Shown in pieces: positions 27,201-39,500 of a stretch of 64,000 nt of DNA. Source of the DNA: Paragordius varius (Eukaryota; Animalia; Nematomorpha); contig OZ176051.1 of assembly GCA_964247055.1 (NCBI GenBank), forward strand, positions 6,572,001 to 6,636,000. The letters run 5' to 3'. Position 1 is the stretch's first letter, and each line of letters opens with the position of its first letter. The notes below the pieces were generated by a model. The model ran no database searches and was not told the DNA's origin. It saw only the letters and a list, made by a program, of their open reading frames with translations. Made by a program: the position numbers and the translations under genes.

Positions 27201-30200
27201 GAAATTATTTCGTAGTACACATATGAAAGAGGATTGACGTGAGAATTAACATAGGCTTTAATTTGATGGATATTTTGTAATGTTAAATTTTAAGAATATC
27301 ATAGCAATTTATGTTAACATTTGTAATATTGTTGTTACGTATTTAGATGCGGAATTTTATGGGTTTTTATCTTTGATAAATTAATAAATAGTAAAATACG
27401 TATTTTAAGATTTTTTATGTTTCCTAAATTTAATAATATATATTTTTCAACATGCTAAATACCTGTATTAATTAATATTGGTATTATAATTTTATTTAGT
27501 TGTTAATACTAATAAAAAAAAACAGGTAAATATATATTTGTGAAAATTTAAGTAGATTTTAGATTTTTGTCTTTTATGTTTTGCTTTGTTAATTATTAAT
27601 AATTTTTAAGTATTTCAGACATTTTAATCAGGTAAAAATTGTGGTTTTTAACAAATTTAGTAAAAATTTATTTTTTTTTAGTTTTTTAGGTTTTGCATTG
27701 TTAATTGTAATTAACTACAACATATTTTGGACAAATCTAACCTTTCATCAACTGTTGAGAGTAACACAGGATCGCCTAAAATGGAGAACACTAATCTATG
27801 AGAAAGCCAGAGTCAGTATATGACTAGCTTATAACAACAACATAGGATTTTCATTGTTAATTGTAATTAATTAATTTTGGACATTTTAATTAATAAGGTA
27901 AAAAATGAGGTTGTTTTTATATTTAGTAAAAATTTAATTTTTTCTTGTTTTTTTATTTAATATTGTTAATTATAATTAATTACTACATATTTGGAAATTT
28001 AAATAAATACAGGTGAAAATGGCGGTTTTTAACAAATTTTAAATGTAACATTTTTTGTATTTTGTATCATTGTTATTTAATTAATTACTAAATATTTTGG
28101 ACATTTAAATTGGTGTAAATTGCGGTTTTTAATAAAGTAAAATTTTATTTTTTGTTCAACCTTGCTAATTTATTTATCACTATATATTTGTGATATATTG
28201 ATATATACAGGTAAAAATTATGACTTGCGGTTTTTTAAATTTTTTAAAATATTTTTTTGGTTTTACTTTGATAATAATTAATATAGTTAACATATCTGAG
28301 TAGGTAAAAATGCATGTTACGGTTTTATGTTTGCCATTTTATTTTCCAAATCAACTATTTATATTTTAACAAACACCTTATGTCACCAAAGATTGAAAAT
28401 AAGATCAAGATATATAAAACATCTTTTAAAGTATCTGAATATCGCCAAATATAAATAAATTTATTTAAATTATAAATGTATAATTATACAAAATATTCAT
28501 ATTATGTTTGAAATTAACATTCTTCTTATTGATATTAATACAGGTAATTTGTTTATATAAATGTACGATGCGGTGTGCGTTCATGATGATCATATAGATT
28601 GAAGAATAGTATAAGATGCAATAATTAAATGCAGATAATCCTGATAGATTCTATCAACTAAAATATAAGATAATTAATATATTAGAAAATTGATACCTGG
28701 ATTCTAGAAGTATTTTCAACATATTTAAATATTGGGGGAAACATTCATAGTTTTAAAGGGAACTCAAAAGGTTGACTTGGCTTTTTAACAACTAAATTTG
28801 CAAAAAAAATATTGATAAAAAATTCAAAAATGATACTTTATGTTTTTTTTCGTTCTACCATCCTAAACTATAAATATGAAAAAGCTTATATGATTTCACC
28901 ATACCAATGACGTCAAATAGAAAATAAAATAATTTTTTTCAAAAGCTTGGAGCACTCCAAAAACTAAGCAGGCAACACTAACATTGTTTGCTTTGGTGAA
29001 GAATAATTTTTTATATTTATAGTTTAGAATGGTAGAACGAAAAAAAACATAAAGTATCATTTTTGAATTTTTTATCATGAAGAAAATATTTTTTTGCAAA
29101 TTTAGTTGTTAAAAAGCCAAGTCAACCTTTTGAGTTCCCTTTCAAACTATGAATGTTTCCCCCAATATTTAAATATGTTGAAAATACTTCTAGAATCCAG
29201 GTATCAATTTTCTAATATATTAATTATCTTATATTTTAGTTGATAGAATCTACCTAAAAAATGATGGTGATTAAAATTTACAGGATTATCCGCATTTAAT
29301 TATTGCATATACTATTCTTCAATCTATATGATCATCATGAACGCACACCGCATCGTACATCATTTATATAAAATTACCTGTATTAATATCAATAAGAAGA
29401 ATGTTAATTTCAAACATAATATGAATATTTTGTATAATTATACATTTATAATTTAAATAAATTTATTTATATTTGGCGATATTCAGATACTTTAAACGAT
29501 GTTTTATATATCTTGATCTTATTTTCAATCTTTGGTGACTTAAGGTGTTTGTTAAAATATAAATAGTTGATTTGGAAAATAAAATGGCAAACATAAAACC
29601 GTAACATGCATTTTTACCTCAGATATGTTAACTATATTAATTATATAAATTATCAAAGTAAAACCAAAAAAATATTTTAAAAAATTCAAAAAACCGCAAG
29701 TCATAATTTTTACCTGTATATATCAATGTATCACAAATATATAGTGATAAATAAATTAGCAAGGTGGAACAAAAAATAAAATTTTACTAATTTATTAAAA
29801 ACCGCAATTTACACCATTTTAAATGTCCAAAAATTTAGTAATTAATTAAATAACAATGATACAAAATACAAAAAATGTTACATTTCAAATTTGTTAAAAA
29901 CCGCCATTTTCACCTGTATTTATTTAAATTTCCAAATATGTAGTAATTAATTATAATTAACAATATTAAATAAAAAAACAAGAAAAAATTAAATTTTTAC
30001 TAAATATAAAAACAACCTCATTTTTTACCTTTATTAATTAAAACGTCCAAAATTAATTAATTACAATTAACAATGAAAATCCTATAAAACAAAAAAATTA
30101 AATTTTTACTAAATTTGTTAAAAACCGCAATTTTTACCTGTATTTATTAAAATGTCCAAAATATGTAGTAGTTAGTTACAATTAACAATGCAAAACCTAA

Positions 30201-31198
30201 AAAAACAAAAAAAAACTAAATTTTTACTAAATTTCTTAAAAACCGCAATTTTTACCTGTAATTATTAAAATGTCCAAAATATGTAGTAGTTAATTACAAT
30301 TAACAATGCAAAACCTAAAAAAACAATAAAAAACTATTTACTAAATTTGTTAAAAACCGCAATTTTTACCTGTAATTATTAAAATGTCCAAAATATGTCG
30401 TAGTTAATTACAATTAACAATGCAAAACCTAAAAAACTAAAAAAATTAAATTTTTACTAATTTGTTAAAAACCACAATTTTTACCTGATTAAAATGTCTG
30501 AAATACTTAAAAATTATTAATAATTAACAAAGCAAAACATAAAGGCAAAAATCTAAAATCTACTTAAATTTTCACAAATATATATTTACCTTTTTTTTTT
30601 ATTAGTAATAACAACTAAATAAAATTATAATACCAATAATAATTAATACAGGTATTTAGCATGTTGAAAAATATATATTATTAAATTTAGGAAACATAAA
30701 AAATCTTAAAATACGTATTTTACTATTTATTTATTAATGATAAAAACCCATAAAATTCCGCATCTAAATACGTAACAATATTACAAATGTTAACATAAAT
30801 TGCTATAATATTCTCAAAATTTAACATTACAAAATATCCATCTAATTAAAGCCTATGTTAATTCTCACGTCAATCCTCTTTCATATGTGTACTACGAAAT
30901 AATTTCGTGGGTCAGTATTTTACGCATTTGATAAACCATTTATGTTATTTGGCAGGCAATAAAATTACTTAACATACATTAAAATGCATACTGTATTTAA
31001 TTTTTAAAAGTTATATTAATGAGGCCGAAATCCTACTATAAGAATCCTAAACAATTATAACATTATGGTTTCTAATTTTTACCATTTATTTTTTTAATTT
31101 TTAGGTCAATCGAATATACGCATATATTTGTTGTGTAAATCTCCAATATGTGATACCTGCCATTTTCTATATTTTCTTATCCACCATTCTTTTAGCAG
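24224..31198 (+). CDS. TMEM161: Transmembrane protein 161 (A/B family); terminal exon unresolved
   Basis: Exons are 24224-24324 (MPVLGLQLCFSVGLISFLQK), 24348-25016 (WVWLIDY), 25098-25235 (GGFLGAFLFFPCFRL), 25309-25386, 25739-25931 (FRHHIQAYL) and 31105-31198 (VNRIYAYICCVNLQYVIP). These match recalled TMEM161B MGVIGIQL, YQWLVDF, IGAFLTFPGLRL, RSHLQAYL and VARVFYYLCVIALQYVAP. Intron 5 is ~5.2 kb. The 3' coding end after 31198 could not be put in frame. Confidence 0.88.
26050..26940 (-). pseudogene. Putative nested antisense spliced pseudogene within TMEM161 intron 5
   Basis: A ~250-nt segment bounded by ttttag| and |gtatat reads DISLFLRSIIQLFYGSVSLISDSLLDPKEYLK*TTKVLYVGANLKSMTINTLFV*RNDTITKGEGSSQYFTIENWIKFVFESR, with only two stops. 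A 31-nt GT-AG intron and further coding-like text follow (YTKIDLWWKELIKCYKKAYYVNWWHLRY). Confidence 0.35.
27733..27841 (+). mobile_element. 5'-truncated RTE LINE 3' end inside the left foldback arm
   Basis: It reads NLTFHQLLRVTQDRLKWRTLIYEKARVSI* followed by an (AAC)n tail, like the 14.3-17.4 kb RTE C-terminus (LQQLTSLTYNRINWRKYTFEKA). It is absent from the right arm. Confidence 0.75.
30086..30490. repeat. ~118-bp tandem repeat (~3.5 copies) in the right foldback arm
   Basis: The unit ...aaatttttactaaatttgttaaaaaccgcaatttttacctgtaattattaaaatgtccaaaatatgtagtagttaattacaattaacaatgcaaaacct... recurs at ~118-bp spacing. Older diverged units extend toward ~29790. Confidence 0.9.
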
Positions 31199-31707
31199 GT
31201 ACTAATGTTAATGCCATTTAGTGATTTTATGTTAGTTTTGAATCTAATATATTATTGACGAAGTTTCAAATTTATGGGCTTTACCAATTTATTAATCCAT
31301 ATAATTTACTGTTCATGTTTTTAATATGCTGTAACATAATTATATTCCGCAAAATTATATGGTTTTTATACTCCGATATGTAATGCATCAGGACACTTTG
31401 GTGTTTTTTAAGATTATGGCATATGAGTATTTTTGAAAAGTCTACATAGGTTTTTGTTGATCTATTATTTTTTTTCTTTGTATTTGCGTTCAATCATATT
31501 TCATCATTTTAATTTGTTTTCAAGACTCTTAAGGAAAACGAAAGTTAAAAATGAACAATTTGTTCCAAAAATTTTTTTAAATTTATTTAATTTTTTAGAT
31601 TGAATTGAAAAAATAATCAGTCTTTTTAATGTCTAAAGGAAACCGGTGTTTTTGATCATTTTAATATTGAGTTTGTTTTTAATCTAATCAATTTTTGAAG
31701 AGTAATT

Positions 31708-34700
31708 GTTGTTGTTGTTTAACAGTAAGCTTTGATGGTGCACCATCGTAAGCTATCCAACTTTTTATGAAATAGTTCTTTATCGATACAATCTGTTTTT
31801 ATCAGTTTGAGTTGTTGGAAATCCAGATCAATCTTTTTAGTCCAGGTTAAACGTGGACGACCGGGCTTATTGTTCCCGGGTGGAATGATGTCGAATGAGG
31901 TCCTGATCGGATTGTCAGGATTCATACGATCAAGGTGACCGTAGTACCTCATTCTTTTGAATTGAATGAATTTGTCTATAGGCTCCATTTGTATGTGATT
32001 GCGGATATCTTGAGGATTTAGTTGCGTTGACATCAGGCGTAGTATGCGATTTTCCGCGCTGATAAAACGTTTCTCTTGAGTTTGTGTCAATGCCATGGTT
32101 TCTGTGGCATATGTCAAAACTGGTCTTATGCCCATTTTATAAATTAAGCCTTTTGTTTTAATAGATATGTGCTTTTGTTTAAGAATGTATTTTAGCTGAT
32201 GATATTTTCCCCAGGTACGGTTTATTCTTGCATTTATTGCGCTATTGTTTGATGAGTCTGATCTTATTTTGTCGCCAAGATAGGTAAACTCGGTTACCAC
32301 TTCAAAGCTTGAGTTACTAAGGACTATGTGCTTAATTGATGGGGGCGGTGAATGCTGCACGCATGATTCGCATTTGAAATTTATCTGTTCGGATAGTTTG
32401 CCGATAATGTTTGTACATTTTTTGTGACACCATTTTTTACATGCAGAGCAGAGAATAGAATCAAATCCAACATTTAATCCGCAAACTCCGCATGGGTATT
32501 TAATTTCATTGTGGGGTTCACCCGTTATCAGGATTTTACTTTTATTTCATTTATTTTGAATCCGAATTTGGTTAGCTGTTGTTGCCATTGTATAAACATT
32601 TTCTCTAAGTCTGAAATCGAGGTTGCGGTAAGAACTATGTCATCTGCATATATACTTTCATATGGCAGATTTAACCGAATATCGCGAGTAACAGCGTCTA
32701 ATATTGTAATAAACAGCAAGGGACTTAAGGCTGAACCTTGATGGAGTCCTACTTTAATTTCAAAGGAATCAGAATCTCCCATAGGGGTTCTAACAAATGT
32801 TTTAGAATTTTGATATAGAAGCATGATAGCTTGGATTAATTGTTCATCCACGTTATTTACTTTTAAAGCCCATGGAATTAATGATCTGGGAACTCTATCA
32901 AAAGCTTTCTCCAAATCAAGAAAAAGATGATATAGTTTTTTATTTTTTAAAAGATAGTTATCTTGTATACGTTTTAAGACGAATATGGCGTCTGTAGTTG
33001 AGTGGCTTGGACGGAAGGCAAATTGAGAGGATGATAATGTTACCTGGTTCCTTAATTTATTTTCTAATGCAACTTCGAATATTTTTAAAGCATGTTCTAA
33101 AAGTTTAATCGATCTATAGGAAGAACATTCTAACTGACTGCCTTTATTTTTATAAATGGGGATTGTATTGCTTTCTTCCCAATCCGGCGGTATGGTTTGG
33201 TATCGAATTATAAGATTAAAAAGATTAGTGAGGTATTGTAATCCGGTTTTTCCTGATTTTTTTATTATATCGGAAGATAGTTGGGTAGGTCCACTTGATT
33301 TATTATTTTTCATTTTTTTTAGCGCATTTTCCACATCAGCTAACGAAAATTCTAAAATCGAATGTTTATTGTTGATATTCATGGAAGGAATATGATATGG
33401 ATTTGTTGTATTCAGAAGATCTTTGGTATAGTCTTCCCATATTTTTATAACCTCGGAATGATTTGTTTGAATATTACCATTTTTATCTTTAATATATTTC
33501 GTTTTGGGAATATCTTTTTTGTTTTCATTTGATAATTTCATTCGATTAAAGATTTTGAAATTTTTTGCATCCTTCTCTAGCGACTCTGCAATTTTTATGC
33601 TGTTTTCGTGTTTGAGTTTGGTAATTAATTTCGCAACTTCGCTACGTAATTGTAAGTATTTTTTTCGATCTTCCTCTTTATGGGTTTTTTTCCACAATCG
33701 AAAGGCTCGGTTTCGTGATTTGATTTGGGGTTTAATCTCATCATTCCACCACCAATTTGACTTCCTTTTCCTAGCGCCCTTTGTCATGCCACATATTCCC
33801 TTGGTGTTCTTGAGTAAGGAATTTTTAAAAAGATCCCAGGTTTGACCCACGTTGTTATCGGTTAAGCGACTTTCGTTTAAATCTATATTGACAGCTTCCA
33901 TAAACTTATCAGCATATATGGGTTTTTGAAGCATTTTAATGTTTGGTTTGGGTTTGTGGTGTCTTATTGGTATGGATTTGGAATTTGATCCAAATAGTAA
34001 GGTAGATACTACTAGCCTATGTTGGGTGTCAGTATTGTAACATTTTGTATCATTGCATATTTTTCTTTTCTCCTTTGGAATCAGAATATAATCAATTTGA
34101 GATTTTGCATTTCCTGAGGAATATGTATATAGCTTATGATCAGGTTTGGTAAAGTTTGTATTTAATATGCATAGGTTGAACATTGCACAGAAATCAAGGA
34201 CGGATTCTCCTTCTTTGTTTAGCAGTCCGTATCCATAACCACCATGTATACCAGCATATTCGATTCCTTGTTTACCCACGTGTCCATTCATGTCGCCGGC
34301 GATCATTATCAGGTCTTTATCATGAACTTTACGCATTATTTCAAAAAGTTGATCCCAAAATTTTTGTTTTAGACTGTCTGCGAGTCCTGGTTGTGGGGCA
34401 TATACACATATAATATTTATTATGGAGTTACTATGTACTAATCTAATTTGGATTATACGGTCATTGTGTCTTAAAACATCGAGGATGTTGTCACAGTGCT
34501 TTTCATGTAAAAGAATTCCGACACCTCCTGTCGCCTTATTTCCTCCCTGATAAAAGCATTTATAATCACCAGCGGTAAAGTTGCCGCTTCCAGAATACCT
34601 TGTTTCTTGTAAGCAACACACATCGACTTGTAATAGTTTAAGCTTTTCTACAATATCTATAGTTTTGTTTCTTAGAGATCCTACATTCCACGTCGAATAT

Positions 34701-35172
34701 TTAAAAGTTTGTCGTTTTAAAATCATTTTAGTTGTAGTTATCATTATTTTAAAAATGAGGCAAAGTTTTACAATTTTATGCCCTTAAAATAAACCTCTTA
34801 ACTCCGAGGAGGGGTAAATGCAATCCTAGCATTTAATAGGGAAATTTATTTGGCTTTCAAACCTAGGAAATTGCCTTACGGGGCTAACGAAGTTTCCTCC
34901 CCGCATTCAGATATCGATAGTATATCCTACGTTGTAAGTCCATCATTTTTGTGTCGTTGTTTATGAGGGCTCTGGTTATAGCGCCAGTTCCCGTTTTATC
35001 GATTGTGTGACTGCAGGCATTGTGGTATTTTATAGAGCATGAGAAGCCTTCTTTCCCATGCTCACCACGCCCCACACCACATCAGACCATACGCATGCCT
35101 TTCCATGTGCCGCTCTCGTTGGTTGGATATCCAGGGTGCACCACGTGGAGGTGAGAGTCGGACTTTACACCC
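31708..35172 (-). mobile_element. Full-length RTE-clade LINE (RTEX-like) with ~18-19-bp TSD
   Basis: The TSD CAATTTTTGAAGAGTAATT is at 31689-31707 and 35173-35191. The 3' (AAC)n tail is at 31708-31719, and the 5' UTR has CACCTCCACGTGGTG. A single EN-RT ORF is broken by one frameshift. Confidence 0.95.
31719..34744 (-). CDS. APE endonuclease-reverse transcriptase with an inserted C4HC3 (PHD-like) finger; single 1-bp frameshift near 32545
   Basis: ORF 34744-32528 has TWNVGSL, CLQET, YAPQ, GDMNGHVG, SQIDY, GLHQGSALSP and IYADD. Restoring one A gives KINENKSKILITGEPHNEIK-YPCGVC..LCSACKKWCHKKC..FKCESC (32498-32361), continuing into ORF 32360-31719 (FTYLG, LTYATET, PGRPRLTW). Confidence 0.9.
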
Positions 35173-35769
35173 CAATTTTTGAAGAGTAATTAATTATAAT
35201 AAAAAATTCATATATAATTTAAAATATATTATAAATTATATTTTTCAAAGATGATATATAATCGAAAAAGCAATAATATCTAAAAATGTATTATGCGATT
35301 TGTAAATTTCATTAAACACATCGCTTAAATATTATTTTTTTCAAAGTTTTATACCATTTTTATATCCCAAAATGGGGTATTTGCTTATTTCCAGGAGTGT
35401 ATATAAGAGTAAAAATCCTAACGCTATTATAAATTTTAAATCATATAATAGTTAACATTTATAATAAGCAAAAATTTTGTAATATGATTCAATTTTTTGT
35501 TAAATATGGGAACATTTAAATTTTCAAATTACTTTTAAGATTCAGTGGTGGCTGAATAATCTTACATGTTAAGCCCATTTCATTAAAAATTTAAAATTAA
35601 TTTATCATAGACATTATTTTAATTATTTGATTTCGTTTTTCAATCATATAAGGTGTTAATATTGATTGATGAAGGCATTTGACACTAATTAGTTACAGCT
35701 TAATTAACATATATTTTGTTAATTTAAAATCTATTAATTCCGGTTATAGGTATTGGTTTGGCCCAGTTA

Positions 35770-36300
35770 TTGGGATTCCATGGATTAATTTACGATATAT
35801 TTCTATCATTTGTTGCGTTTCGAGGTATGTTCAGGAATTTAAAGTCTTGTTCTATGATTTGAGTCCAAGTTGTCTTAGACGTCCCTTTACGGTTGGGGGC
35901 AGAAATCTGTAAATCAAGAATTTCCTTTGCAGGTGAGTCTATACTGGATCTGTCTATGTGGCCAAAATACCGAAGTCTATTTGTTCTGATAAAAGTTGTT
36001 ATTGGTTCTAGTTCAATGGTAGGATTTATCATCATATATTTTAGCATTTTATCTTCCGTTCTTTTCAATCTCGATTCTAATGTTTTTGTGATTGCCCAGG
36101 TTTCGCTGGCGTAGATAAGGGTAGGGCGGACACCCACTTTATACATTTTGATTTTATTTTTTACGGTTATGTCTTTATGTGTTAATACATATTTAATTAT
36201 AATAAATTTTATATTTATTCATTTTTAGCTCAAATTCAAACTTTAATGCCAAAGAATTTGTCAGAGTCCACCACAAGGGGGGATTGGAGTGCAATATTAT
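35770..36300 (-). mobile_element. 5'-truncated, degraded RTE LINE fragment related to the 31.7-35.2 kb element
   Basis: YKVGVRPTLIYASETWAITKT...RLRYFGHIDR parallels YKMGIRPVLTYATETMALT...RMRYYGHLDR. Confidence 0.8.
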
Positions 36301-36495
36301 ATAAATTTGTTCAAAACTATACACATATCGTTCCAACTCAAAAACATTCATTACTTTTATCAAATGAAACCGTATATCAATATTTGGTTAAACCAATAAA
36401 TTTTAGTTTAATCTTAATTGATGTAATGACTTTGTTTTTTACCACTTTCGGTTATTTTTATAAGCGATTTATGTCGATGAAATTATAATTCTCAT

Positions 36496-36504
<9 letters not shown>

Positions 36505-36537
<33 letters not shown>

Positions 36538-37006
36538 TTATACTGTTTATTAAACGATTGGACTGTTTAAAATAAATTTGTTTTATATTTATTTTTATTA
36601 TTCTTAATTAAAATTGCGAAAATATTATGTATACTATTTACTGTTCATATTCACCCTTGAACAATTCAAATTCCCTTATGTTTTTTTTAAGATTAAAAAT
36701 TGCCTATATTTTTTTATCTTTTAAAATAAAATTTCTTTTTATATTAATATAATTCTGAAAAAATAATTATCTATGCCATAAGAATATATTTCTTATTAAT
36801 GATGAGCTATATTATCCCGAAACATAAATTTTAGAATAAATTAGAATTGTTCCAAGATGAATTTGATTTATTCGAGGGTAAACTTGATGAATTTTAATTG
36901 TTCAAGGGTGAATTTGAATCGTAAATAGTATATTATAAAATGGGATATTTTTCTTTACGGAACCAGGTTGGTCCAACAATTTTTTGGAATATATTTTGAG
37001 TATGCA

Positions 37007-37044
<38 letters not shown>
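36505..37044. repeat. (TA)n microsatellites at ~36505-36534 and ~37011-37044 (others at ~11461 and ~51483)
   Basis: Pure TA runs are visible directly. Confidence 0.9.
36630..36932. mobile_element. ~300-bp MITE with ~44-bp TIRs, TA-flanked
   Basis: tatactatttactgttcatattcacccttgaacaattcaaattc matches the reverse complement of gaattttaattgttcaagggtgaatttgaatcgtaaatagtata with about 4 mismatches. Confidence 0.75.
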
Positions 37045-37047
<3 letters not shown>

Positions 37048-37489
37048 CCATTATCGGACCTGCTTTCAGTAGTGTTATTAGGGGAGGTTGATATTTCTTT
37101 ATAAACACACTACAACATGAACTTGCACCACAATAATACTATAAATTAATGATGAATATATTAAATAATTTTATAATAAATCAATGGATTAATAAAATTT
37201 AATTTCTAAATATGTTTTCTATAATAACGTTACAGTTTGTCGTTAATACCTTGCTACAATCAGACAAGAAAGCATTCGAATCAATTTTTATTTGGTAAAA
37301 TAAGGCTAAGCATTAACAAAGCTTACATTTTGTCACACATATCAAATTATCTTGAAACTTATTTAAAAAATTAACAGCATATAAAGCTACATAATTTGAT
37401 TTTTTTCAAGCTCATAGTAATTTTTAAGTTAGAAAATTATATAAAATCTAGTTTAATTTAATTAGCTGCAATTCTTTTAACATTTTATG

Positions 37490-37990
37490 ATGTTTTTTGG
37501 TTTTATATTCCAGGGCAAACTGAATTTAAATATCTTAACATTAAAATATTAGGCTGAAATATGCTTTCTATAACCTTATAGGCGCATAATTTTAAAAAAA
37601 TTGTAAAAAATTCTATACCTCAAAATTTTTCGCCGCCATTTTCTATTTTTAAATCGCTTACAATAGGCAAATAAATATTAATTATGGTTAGAATATAAAA
37701 CTTTAGTTAGCTTTCAGGTTGCAGTTTAACAGGAAAACTTGATAATAATTTCAAAATCAGCTGTTTAGTTCAATCGTGTAGCTGTCCCAATTTTAGCCTC
37801 TAAAAGTCACAAAACTGTTAAAAAAAATTATTTAATCCTAGAGAACAATGTGTGGTAATTACATTTTAACTAAAATAACTTTCAAAACAATACATTTACA
37901 GAATTAACCTCTGAAACTCCCCCAACATGTCATCTTAAACAAAAAAGTGAAAAGGTTATAAATAGGTAATGAGGATTTGTAATTAAAATA
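37490..37990. repeat. Dispersed ~500-bp repeat (other copies ~42340-42770 inverted and ~53300-53870)
   Basis: Shared blocks include aaagtcacaaaactg(t)taaaa, ttttaactaaaataacttt, aaaaaagtgaaaagg and cgccatttt. Termini not defined. Confidence 0.65.
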
Positions 37991-38018
37991 AAAATCTGTT
38001 GTTTCTGCATTCGTTAAA

Positions 38019-38479
38019 CACTTGGCAACACATTCACTTTCGTCCTCAGATTCAAATAGGGGTCTTTGGGAGCCCCAGGCCTGTTTAATAAAAATTCGCA
38101 TTTAAATATCATTGATACACCGAAATAATGAAAAATCATTTTTAACTTGATATTGCTTTTATGAATCCTCAAGGTGCTAAAAACATGACATGTGTGTTTT
38201 TAAATATTGTTACAACAATGTTAGATTTGGTGATTTAAATAAAAATAGCTTTATTAGCGTTACACACAATATTTTGCAAAAATATTTAGTAAAAAAGGCA
38301 TCAAAACAGTTTGATATGGAACTTTTTTTAAAACTAAATTTTATTTAGATATTTTAGCTTATTTAAATAGTATTTATTAGGATAGAAGTATTTAAATTGG
38401 AGTCGCTTCTTGCGGTAGTTTTTGGTTATTAACTAAATATATTCTGGAGTTATTAGATAACCTATTTTGAATCGAAGTG
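38019..38479 (+). mobile_element. TTAA-type (piggyBac-like) MITE, diverged copy
   Basis: CACTTGGCAAC...CAGATTCAAATAGGGG at the left end and GAATCGAAGTG|TTAA at the right end. The body matches the 43.7-47.0 kb units. Confidence 0.65.
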
Positions 38480-38979
38480 TTAACCCATTTTAATATGATT
38501 TTTTTGTGTTTTTCCTCTTACACGATGACTACCAAAAAAATAACCAGATTAAATATATATATATGTATATTTATAAAAAATGTATCAGATTATGACGGTG
38601 CTTTTGATTTTAGCCCTTACGATTGATATAGCAAAGTTTACACTTACATGGCAAGTGCTTCATTTGAAATGGCGAAATTTGCGCACATTTATTTATATAA
38701 AATGTTTTGGTGAAAGAGGCTTCATGATATCACTAAAATATATCAAAAACTCATGTAAAAAGCAAAACAATGTTCTAAATATATTTAATTTTTAGGAGTG
38801 GCAGATGTGGCCTTCCAGAATCCTAAATTTTTTACCTTTTCTAAAATGAGTATTGTTTTAAAATAAAAGATGACAGATTGCAGGATATAAATTTCAATGA
38901 AAATGCTAATTGATTTTAACTAAAAATACTATTTTAAGTATTAAAAAACGGTTTACAAAAGCTTTAAGGTTTTATAAAA

Positions 38980-39500
38980 ATACCTTTTCTATATTTAGAT
39001 AATGCTGAACATTTTAAACCTCAGAAATTTGATTGATATATTCGTAGAATTACTAAATAAATTGTTTTTTACAAAAATTCACCAATATTAGAAAGCAAAT
39101 GAACCATTTAATTAAAGTTCTGAAATGATAGAAACGTTCAGCATTATCGAATTACATAGAAAAAGTGTTTTTATAATATCTAAAGGCGCTTTAATACCGT
39201 TTCCATCATCCCTCAAATAGTATAAAGTCCGCTTCAATAAAATTTTGCTAAAAATTTAATTTAATGCATTTATTTTTTGTTAGGTCCATATGATCAAAGA
39301 TAATACAGCATTAAATAAACTATATTAAACTAAATTATTGTAAACTCTTCTTTTTGGTCTTAATTTAGCAATCATCCTTAATTCCGCATTCGCTTTCTGT
39401 ATAATTTTTCTCTTTCGCAGTAGTTTTTATTATACATCACATTAAATCCTCTTTTAATTGTGTTCTTCGCCAATCTAATGAATCATTCGAAAATTTCAAA
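38980..39500 (-). pseudogene. Decayed coding-like segment similar to ~21165-21335
   Basis: Collinear nucleotide anchors with 21165-21330 (acctttt.tatatt; cctca.aa.tttga; gaaa.gttcagcat.atc). It translates in pieces such as DNAERFYHFRTLIKWF. Confidence 0.3.

Larger units (their letters stand above)
27114..30993. mobile_element. Foldback-type giant inverted repeat (3.88 kb) with Tc1/mariner-like TA|CAGT termini
   Basis: It begins TA|CAGTATGCATTTTAATGTATGTTAAG and ends CTTAACATACATTAAAATGCATACTG|TA. The arms 27114-~28883 and ~29008-30993 are near-identical reverse complements around a ~125-bp spacer. No transposase ORF was seen. Confidence 0.9.

Noticed and set aside
28896-29099. ORF across the palindrome centre as a transposase remnant
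   Set aside because: There is no DDE or HTH motif, and it is built mostly from A/T runs of the arm ends.
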